From: a candidate division WOR-3 bacterium
GTDB taxonomy: Bacteria; Hydrothermota; Hydrothermia; LBFQ01; DSFT01
Direction: 5' to 3'
NCBI GenBank assembly: GCA_965649115.1
Contig: CBFGJN010000009.1
Span: 1-44,313 of the forward strand
Length of the DNA stretch: 44,313 bases
Shown piece by piece: positions 37,577 to 44,313 of this stretch. Under the pieces are notes generated by a model, which was not told the origin of the DNA, made no database searches, and was given only the letters and a program-made list of their open reading frames with translations. The translations under genes and the position numbers were made by a program. Position 1 is the first letter of the stretch, and each line of letters begins with the position of its first letter.

Positions 37577-38510
37577 GTGAAAGATAATCTATTATAGGCT
37601 TTATATTAGCAATAGGTGAAAAATTCCTATTATAATTTTTTTCAACAATCATACTTACAAAAGCAAATTTTGGATTATCAACGGGAAAAAATCCAACAAA
37701 CCATTTTATATAACCATTATGAAGTCTATCATATAATGAACCTGTTTTTCCACCAACATCATAACCTTTTAAAAATTTCTTAGCAGTTCCATTATTTACT
37801 GTTTCTCTAAATAATTCTTTTAATTTATAAAATGTTTCTTCTTCAAAAACTCTTCCTTCAATTTTCGGTCTATAATAATAAAAATTACTAATTGAATCAA
37901 TTAGAGTAATTGATTTTACAAGTCCTTTATTTGAAATAGTATTGACTAATTTTAAGGCATCTATTGGTCTTATTTTAGCATTTACAAATCCTGCACCCAT
38001 AAGTGCTAATGAAAAGTCATTTTGTGGAAATAATACATCAAAAAACAATTTTTTACCATAAATATATAAATTATAACTTCCAACAAGAATAGCTAATCTT
38101 CCAAATGCAGGATTATTAGATAAACCAAAAGCTAACTTGAAAGATTGCTTTCTTTCAGTATAATTACTTAACCAAATATATGGCTTTTCACTATAAATTC
38201 TCCCTGAATAATAAATTTCATCATCAGGATTTAAGTTTAGAATTTCAATACTTGCTATTGCTGTTGCTATTTTGAAAATTGATGCAGAAGGAAATTTTTC
38301 ATTTAAACAAACATTATAATTAAATTTATAGCCTTCATAACAACTCATAGCTATTATTCTTCCTTTTTCAATATCTGATACTAAAATTGCTGAAAATTTA
38401 TAAAATTTTGAATTTTTAATTAAAATGCTATCTGCTATTTTTTGAACTTCGTTATCTATCGTTAAATAAACATTTTTCAAATTAAAAATTAAAATAGGAA
38501 ATAAAAGCAC
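37563..38510 (-). CDS. Penicillin-binding protein, transpeptidase domain only
   Basis: LTIDNEVQ, SxxK (SIFK), SxN (SNN), KTG motifs. Confidence 0.85.
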   Translation of the reverse strand: MLLFPILIFNLKNVYLTIDNEVQKIADSILIKNSKFYKFSAILVSDIEKGRIIAMSCYEGYKFNYNVCLNEKFPSASIFKIATAIASIEILNLNPDDEIYYSGRIYSEKPYIWLSNYTERKQSFKLAFGLSNNPAFGRLAILVGSYNLYIYGKKLFFDVLFPQNDFSLALMGAGFVNAKIRPIDALKLVNTISNKGLVKSITLIDSISNFYYYRPKIEGRVFEEETFYKLKELFRETVNNGTAKKFLKGYDVGGKTGSLYDRLHNGYIKWFVGFFPVDNPKFAFVSMIVEKNYNRNFSPIANIKPIIDYLSRVIQ

Positions 38511-39413
38511 TTATAAGCTTTGTAATGACCTTATAAAGCTCTCATTCCTCCTCCAATGTTCTTTAACCTTTACCCATAGTTCAAGATAAACAGGTTTTCC
38601 AATTAACTTTTCAATTTCTTTTCTTGAAATTGTTCCAAGTTCTTTAATTCTTTTTCCATTTTCTCCAATAATTATGCCTTTTTGTGAATCTCTTTCAACA
38701 TAAATAACTGCTCTAATATAAACCTTATCTCTTTTTTGCTCAGGATGTTCTTCTGGATCCACATATTCTTCAACTTTTACAGCAGTCGCATATGGTATTT
38801 CATCTTTATATAATAAATAAATTTTTTCTCTTATAATCTCTGCGACTAAAACTCTTAAAGGTTTATCAGTTATAACATCATCTTCATAATAGGGTTTTTC
38901 TAAATCAGGCAAAAATTTCCTTATACTTTCAATTAAAATATCAATTCCATCCCTATAAATTACACTTATTGGTATCACTTCTTTAAAGTCATGTAATTTT
39001 GAGTAGTTCTCAATTATTGGAAGAAGTTCCCTCTTGTCCTTTACCAAATCAATTTTATTTATAGCAAGAATTATTGGTTTATTTTTATTTTTTAAAATTT
39101 CTATAATTCTTAAATCTTCCTCATCAGGTAATTTTGGTTCTACCAATAAAACAATTACATCAGCATCTTCAATTGCTTTTTCTATTTCAGATAGTGAAAA
39201 TTCGTCAAGTTTATCTTTAACTTTTTTCATAATTCCTGGTGTATCTATAAATATAAATTGTGCATCTTCATAGTTTAAAATTCCAAGTAAATTAAACCTT
39301 GTAGTTTGTGGTTTTGGACTAACAGAAGATATTTTTTCTTGTACTAAAACATTTAAAAGACTTGATTTTCCCACATTAGGCTTTCCCACAATTGCTATAT
39401 ATCCACCCTTCAT
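38511..39413 (-). CDS. era: GTPase Era
   Basis: GKPNVGKS, PQTTR, DTPG, NKID, KH domain SQKGIIIG, LELWVKV. Confidence 0.97.
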   Translation of the reverse strand: MKGGYIAIVGKPNVGKSSLLNVLVQEKISSVSPKPQTTRFNLLGILNYEDAQFIFIDTPGIMKKVKDKLDEFSLSEIEKAIEDADVIVLLVEPKLPDEEDLRIIEILKNKNKPIILAINKIDLVKDKRELLPIIENYSKLHDFKEVIPISVIYRDGIDILIESIRKFLPDLEKPYYEDDVITDKPLRVLVAEIIREKIYLLYKDEIPYATAVKVEEYVDPEEHPEQKRDKVYIRAVIYVERDSQKGIIIGENGKRIKELGTISRKEIEKLIGKPVYLELWVKVKEHWRRNESFIRSLQSL

Positions 39414-39503
39414 AAAACTTTAAAATTTTAAAGGCTGATTTAAAATACTCCAATCACTTTGGGAGGATTATAGGTGTCAATAGCCCCCAAGACAAAAAAT
39501 AAG

Positions 39504-39831
39504 TGCTTTGTCTAGTAATTATTTATAAAAGCTTTTCAGCTATTTATAAGCCAAAGGCCTATTTATAGCGTAAAATAAAATTCTTTGTCTTATCGGGGGT
39601 TCTTAAAGGGGGCGAAAGTCCCCTCCCCAAAACAGGGACAGCACAAGACTTGTGCTTTGTTCAGTAATTATTGTTAAGTCCCTGATCATCAACAACTTAT
39701 AAAAGCTTTGAGGAAATTATAGATTTTTCGGGGGGATTATGGGGGGCTCCGCTAAAAGCCAAAGGCTTATTTTCAGGGTGGGTGGGCAAAATATAAAAAA
39801 ATAAATAGTTTTAGAATTACTAAAAACAGCA
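39504..39831 (-). mobile_element. Two tandem MITE-like copies (39504-39643 degenerate; 39653-39831) separated by 9 bp
   Basis: TGCTTTGTCTAGTAATT at 39504; spacer CAAGACTTG; TGCTTTGTTCAGTAATT at 39653; AGGGTGGGTGGG 39775-39786; end AATTACTAAAAACAGCA. Confidence 0.8.
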
Positions 39832-39859
39832 AAAAATTTCTGCTTTAAAATTTTAAAGC

Positions 39860-40234
39860 TTGGAATTATCTCATTATATTAGAAAAGTTTTAATTGATAA
39901 ACTTAAACCAATTGAAAATTTAGAGCTTGTAATTGTTTCAAATCTATCTGAAAATGTTCTTGTAATTGTTCCAACTGAAAATGATAAAAATATAATTTCA
40001 GGAGAAAAAATTAGCTATTTAGTTTATAGAATTTGGAAGTTCTTAAAAGATAGTAATTGGGGAAATATGGAAGAAATTTACATAAAGGGTGAAAGTAAAG
40101 GTATTATTGCAGTTCCTTTTCATAATAATGAGTTTTTTATTGGAGTTATATTTAAATATCCTATAAATCTTTCAGTTATTATCTCTGCTATTAAGGAAAC
40201 ATTAAAAGAATTAAATATAATTTTGGTTGGATGA
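39860..40234 (+). CDS. Roadblock/LC7 (MglB-like) domain protein
   Basis: 124 aa; [15 protein letters not shown]..helix..[25 protein letters not shown] pattern; TTG start. Confidence 0.6.
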   Translation: MELSHYIRKVLIDKLKPIENLELVIVSNLSENVLVIVPTENDKNIISGEKISYLVYRIWKFLKDSNWGNMEEIYIKGESKGIIAVPFHNNEFFIGVIFKYPINLSVIISAIKETLKELNIILVG

Positions 40235-40713
40235 AAGTAGGGATTATCATGGGAAGCCTATCAGATTTTGAATATATGAAAGAAGCAATTGAAGTTCTAA
40301 AAGAATTTGGGATTGATTATGAGGTTGAAATTGTTTCAGCTCACAGAACTCCTGATAGAATGTACGAGTACGCTAAAACTGCAAGAGAAAGAGGAATTGA
40401 AGTAATAATAGCAGGTGCAGGTGGTTCTGCTCACCTTCCTGGTATGACAGCAAGTCTAACTGACCTACCTGTAATTGGTGTTCCAATTCCTACAAAATAT
40501 TTAAATGGCTTAGATTCACTATATTCAATTGTCCAAATGCCAAAAGGAATTCCCGTTGCCACTGTTGCAATTGGGAATAGCTATAATGCAGGAATTCTAG
40601 CGGTTAGAATTCTTTCAATAAAATATAAAGAACTTGAAGAAAAATTGAAAAATTATTCACAAAAATTAAAAGAGCAAGTAGAGGAAATGAATAAAAATGT
40701 TCCTAATCTATGA
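40231..40713 (+). CDS. purE: N5-CAIR mutase
   Basis: [46 protein letters not shown]. Confidence 0.97.
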   Translation: MKVGIIMGSLSDFEYMKEAIEVLKEFGIDYEVEIVSAHRTPDRMYEYAKTARERGIEVIIAGAGGSAHLPGMTASLTDLPVIGVPIPTKYLNGLDSLYSIVQMPKGIPVATVAIGNSYNAGILAVRILSIKYKELEEKLKNYSQKLKEQVEEMNKNVPNL

Positions 40714-41542
40714 AACTTTTAGATATTTATTTTCAAGAAAGAGTTTAACATTTTTTGTTATAGCTTCTACATTTCTTCTATTTTCAATTCTTGGGATTAC
40801 AATTTTATTTACTTACCAATCGTTTCAATATCTTAATAAAATTAGAAAAGAGATTAAAATTCAAGCTTACTTGAAACAAAACATTAATAGTATTGATAGT
40901 TTGAAAATTTTAACAATTTTAAATTCAATTAGTGGAATTGATTCAATATATTATAAATCAAATAAACAGGCTTATGAGGAACTACTAAATAATTACAAGG
41001 AATATAAAGATATTTTCGCAAGCATTGATGTTAATGAACTTCCAAATTCTTACATTATTAAGCCGAAATTTTATTGGACAAAAGGCTTATTATTAGAAGA
41101 AATTTCAAAAAAAATTAAAATGATTGATGGAATTGAGGATGTTTATTATGGAAAAGAGTGGATTCTTTCACTTGAAAAAATTTCAAACGCTTTTATTTTA
41201 ATTAGCATTTTTGTAATTATTATTATATTCTTAACATTTATTTTCATTAGCTCCTATGCTATAAAAATTGCGATAAATGATCATAAACTTGCAATTGAAA
41301 TTTTAAAACTTTCAGGAATTAGTTATTTTAAAATATATTTTCCATTTAGATTAATGGGAATTTTTTATGGCTTAATTCCCTCAATTCTAACATTTATTTT
41401 CTTAAATGCTTTCATATTTATTTTAAAATTATTTAATTTCAAAGTTTTCCCATTTCCTAATGCTTTTCTTTTTTTAATAGTTGTATTTGGTATTTTAATC
41501 GGATTTTTATCATCTGAAAATGCTTTAAGAGAGAATTCTTAA
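40697..41542 (+). CDS. ftsX: Cell division permease FtsX-like
   Basis: TM1, periplasmic loop ([22 protein letters not shown]), three further TMs, IEILKLSG. Confidence 0.78.
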   Translation: MFLIYETFRYLFSRKSLTFFVIASTFLLFSILGITILFTYQSFQYLNKIRKEIKIQAYLKQNINSIDSLKILTILNSISGIDSIYYKSNKQAYEELLNNYKEYKDIFASIDVNELPNSYIIKPKFYWTKGLLLEEISKKIKMIDGIEDVYYGKEWILSLEKISNAFILISIFVIIIIFLTFIFISSYAIKIAINDHKLAIEILKLSGISYFKIYFPFRLMGIFYGLIPSILTFIFLNAFIFILKLFNFKVFPFPNAFLFLIVVFGILIGFLSSENALRENS

Positions 41543-42358
41543 AATTTTTGATATTGTTTGTTTTAATTCATTTCTATTTACAACTAAATCTAATTGTCCT
41601 TTTTGAAGTAAAAATTCACTTCTTTGAAATCCTTCAGGTAGTTTTTGTTTTATTGTTTGTTCAATAACCCTTGGACCTGCAAAACCAATTAGTGCTCCTG
41701 GTTCAGCTATTAATATATCTCCAAGTGCAGCAAATGATGCCATTACTCCTCCCATAGTAGGATCAGTTAAGATATTTATATATAAAATTGAATGCTTTTT
41801 CAATTCAAGAACAGCAAGTGTTGTCTTAGCCATCTGCATTAATGAAACAATACCTTCGTGCATTCTTGCTCCCCCTCCTGACGAAGTAAGAGCAATATAA
41901 GGAATTTTTTTCTCTATTGACTTTAAAGCCCCAAAGAAAAATTTTTCTCCAAGGACAGCACCCATTGAACCTGCTAAAAATCTAAAATCAGTTATGAAAA
42001 AAACCACATCAAAATTGTCTATTTTTGCGTATCCAACTCTTGCAGATTCATTTAATTTTGTTTTTTCTTTAAGCTCCTTTATTTTTTCTTTATAACCAGG
42101 AAAATTCAAAAAATCAATTGTTTCTAAATTTGTAAGATACTCTTCAATAAAAGTTCCACCATCTAATAAATAATTCATATATTGTTCAGATGTTATACGA
42201 AAATGATAATTACAATTTGAACAAATCCAAAAATTCCTTTCCAAGTGCTTTTTATATAAAATTTCAGAACAATTTTCACACTTAATCCATAGATTATCAG
42301 GAGTTTCTCTTTTTTCAGTAACTTGAGGAATTTTTTTATCTTTTTTACCAAATAACAT
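41525..42358 (-). CDS. accD: Acetyl-CoA carboxylase carboxyltransferase beta subunit
   Basis: WIKCENC..CSNC zinc finger, FLAGSMG, GGARMHEG, GFAGPRVIEQT. Confidence 0.96.
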   Translation of the reverse strand: MLFGKKDKKIPQVTEKRETPDNLWIKCENCSEILYKKHLERNFWICSNCNYHFRITSEQYMNYLLDGGTFIEEYLTNLETIDFLNFPGYKEKIKELKEKTKLNESARVGYAKIDNFDVVFFITDFRFLAGSMGAVLGEKFFFGALKSIEKKIPYIALTSSGGGARMHEGIVSLMQMAKTTLAVLELKKHSILYINILTDPTMGGVMASFAALGDILIAEPGALIGFAGPRVIEQTIKQKLPEGFQRSEFLLQKGQLDLVVNRNELKQTISKILRILS

Positions 42359-42383
42359 AGTTTAAAAGTTTAAAGTAGATACT

Positions 42384-42992
42384 TTAAATAATGCCCAAAA
42401 TTCTTTTAAGAGCAATTATTTCTTCTTCGGTCATTTTTCTGTATTTTCCTGGTTTTAAATCCACTGGTAGAACAATAGGTTCAGTTTCAATTCGTTTCAA
42501 TTTTTTAATTGTAGGAATAATTTTCTTTAATTGATTAACTTTCATTTTGATAGTTGTTATAACTGCTTTATTTCTTGAAATTTGAGAAATTTTTATATTT
42601 TGAACATTAAAGTTTTCGCTAATTGGGACGGAAAGTTCAACTAAATACTTATTTTTTATAAATACTTTATGATAAGCTCTATGAACTTGACCATCATTTG
42701 TTAAAATAATTAATCCTTCATCACTTTTTGGAAGATTTTCAAGTGGAATTAAATACTTTATTTCCTTTGGAAAATAAGTGCTATTTGGGGGTTTGTAATA
42801 AATAATGTAATCTATTGGCATATTCATTTTTATTTCAAATCCTTTGAATGTTATTTTATCTCTTTCACTAACATCAAACCAAGGCTCCTTTATTATTTTA
42901 CCATTAACTTTAATTAATCCATATTTTATTGCTCTAATAGCACTTCTTCTTGAAAAATAGCCTGTTCTTTGTAAAAATTTAAAAAGCATCAT
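42384..42992 (-). CDS. S4 + RsuA/RluB-like pseudouridine synthase homologue, catalytic motif degenerate
   Basis: S4 SRRSA..IKYGLIKVNG; YYKP; EGLIILTNDG; LKPGKYRKMTEEEI; GRLD replaced by ENLP. Confidence 0.8.
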   Translation of the reverse strand: MMLFKFLQRTGYFSRRSAIRAIKYGLIKVNGKIIKEPWFDVSERDKITFKGFEIKMNMPIDYIIYYKPPNSTYFPKEIKYLIPLENLPKSDEGLIILTNDGQVHRAYHKVFIKNKYLVELSVPISENFNVQNIKISQISRNKAVITTIKMKVNQLKKIIPTIKKLKRIETEPIVLPVDLKPGKYRKMTEEEIIALKRILGII

Positions 42993-44227
42993 TTTATTGT
43001 TGCAATTATGTTGCCTTCACAGCAAATCCCATTTTCAGTCCAAGCTTTTGCCAACATTTTAATAAATTTGCTACCACTTCTTAAAATTTTTATCTCTAAA
43101 TATAATCTATCACCAGGAAAAACTGGTTTCTTAAATTTTATATCCTCAATACCAACGAAAAGAGGAATTTTTCCATTTATTGGATTAAATTTAGAATATA
43201 AAATTGCTCCTGTTTGTGCTAATGCTTCAACAATCAAAACACCAGGCATAATTGGATAATTAGGAAAATGCCCATTAAAAAAGCTTTCATTTATTGATAC
43301 ATTCTTATACGCAACAATTCTGTTTTTTTCAAGATGGATAACTCTATCAACAAATAAAAAGGGATGTCTATGAGGTATTAATTTTTTAATTTCCTCAACT
43401 TCCAAAATTGGACCTCCTATGCCTTCTTCAATAAGTTTCTTAACAAATTCAATATGAAGTGTATGACTACCTTTTATACAAAAAATTTCTCCTATAAAAG
43501 GTCTATTAAGAAACATTAAATCTCCAATTAAATCTAATATCTTATGTCTAACAGGTTCATCTAAAAATTTTGGCTTGTTTAAATATCCATTTTTTGAAAT
43601 AATTAATGTATTTTCAAGATTACCACCTCTTCCAAAATTATTCTCTATTAAATTATCTATCTCTTCCTCAAAGGCATATGTTCTTGCTTTTGATATTTCT
43701 TCATAATAGCTAACTTCATTAACCTCAATTCTAAAAAATTGTGATTTTAAAAATTCGTGTTCATAAATAATTGCATAGTTTATAATAAATTTTTCAGATG
43801 GTTTAGCATATATATAACTATCTCCAATTTTAATTTCAATAGGCTCTAATAATTTAAATGGTTCTATTTCTTTATCAAGCTCTAAGAAACCTACTTTTTT
43901 AATTTCTTCAAAAAATGTCTCACTTGAACCATCTAATATAGGAATTTCATTACCTTCCAAAATAATTTTAATATCGTATATTCCAAGAGCATTTAAGGCA
44001 GAAAGAAGATGTTCAACTGTTTGAATTTCAATATTTTCTTTTTTTAAAACTATTCTTCTTTTTGTTTGTGAAATATACTCATAATTTAAGGGAATCTCAA
44101 TACCATCTTTTATAAATAAAATTCCATCATCATAAGGTTCTAAAATTACTTTTGAAAACTTTCCTGTGTGAATACCAATACCTTCAAAGGATAATTTTTG
44201 TTTTATTGTTTTTGCTTTTAAATTCAT
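42989..44227 (-). CDS. lpxC: Bifunctional LpxC / FabZ fusion
   Basis: GIGIHTG, TVEHLLSA, PILDGS, HKILDLIGDL; then PHRHPFLFVD and GHFPNYPIMPGVLIVEALAQ. Confidence 0.95.
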   Translation of the reverse strand: MNLKAKTIKQKLSFEGIGIHTGKFSKVILEPYDDGILFIKDGIEIPLNYEYISQTKRRIVLKKENIEIQTVEHLLSALNALGIYDIKIILEGNEIPILDGSSETFFEEIKKVGFLELDKEIEPFKLLEPIEIKIGDSYIYAKPSEKFIINYAIIYEHEFLKSQFFRIEVNEVSYYEEISKARTYAFEEEIDNLIENNFGRGGNLENTLIISKNGYLNKPKFLDEPVRHKILDLIGDLMFLNRPFIGEIFCIKGSHTLHIEFVKKLIEEGIGGPILEVEEIKKLIPHRHPFLFVDRVIHLEKNRIVAYKNVSINESFFNGHFPNYPIMPGVLIVEALAQTGAILYSKFNPINGKIPLFVGIEDIKFKKPVFPGDRLYLEIKILRSGSKFIKMLAKAWTENGICCEGNIIATIK

Positions 44228-44257
44228 AAGTTTTAAATTTTAAAGCTTGAAGTAAAT

Positions 44258-44313
44258 TGCCTTGTCCAATAATTCTAAAATTATTTATTTTACTATATTT
44301 TCCCACCCACCCT
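44258..44313 (+). mobile_element. MITE-like repeat left end, truncated by window end
   Basis: TGCCTTGTCCAATAATTCTAAAA ... TTTTCCCACCCACCCT. Confidence 0.78.

Noticed and set aside
42989..44227. LpxC-FabZ fusion as a novelty
   Set aside because: Well known in Bacteroidota, Chlorobi and related lineages; useful only as a taxonomic hint.

Overview
A very AT-rich, gene-dense bacterial chromosome segment. It has an LpxC-FabZ fusion and three proteins with T9SS-type C-terminal sorting domains, which points to an FCB-related Gram-negative lineage such as WOR-3 (inference). It contains about 35 CDS: housekeeping genes (sdhA, trxB, thiolase, phoH-HDIG-ybeY-CNNM cluster, pntA, prmC, era, purE, ftsX, accD, lpxC/fabZ), many envelope and lipoprotein genes, and a fused Type IIG restriction-modification gene. 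There are two tRNAs, Ala-GGC and Gly-CCC. The most striking signal is non-coding: almost every large intergenic gap holds copies of one modular MITE-like element of about 200 bp. The element has imperfect 17-bp TIRs (TGCTTTGTCYARTAAWT), 9-bp flanking direct repeats, a fixed-position IHF-consensus site and two GC triloop hairpins. Copies stack exactly 9 bp apart and often sit 9 bp from a conserved CTTTAAAAT promoter-like motif. That motif lies 6-11 nt before many start codons, suggesting near-leaderless expression. Other oddities are ultra-short signal-peptide-like N-termini, a CDS whose stop codon lies inside a tRNA gene, a pseudouridine-synthase homologue lacking its catalytic Asp, and a regulator with a transposase-like N-terminal HTH.
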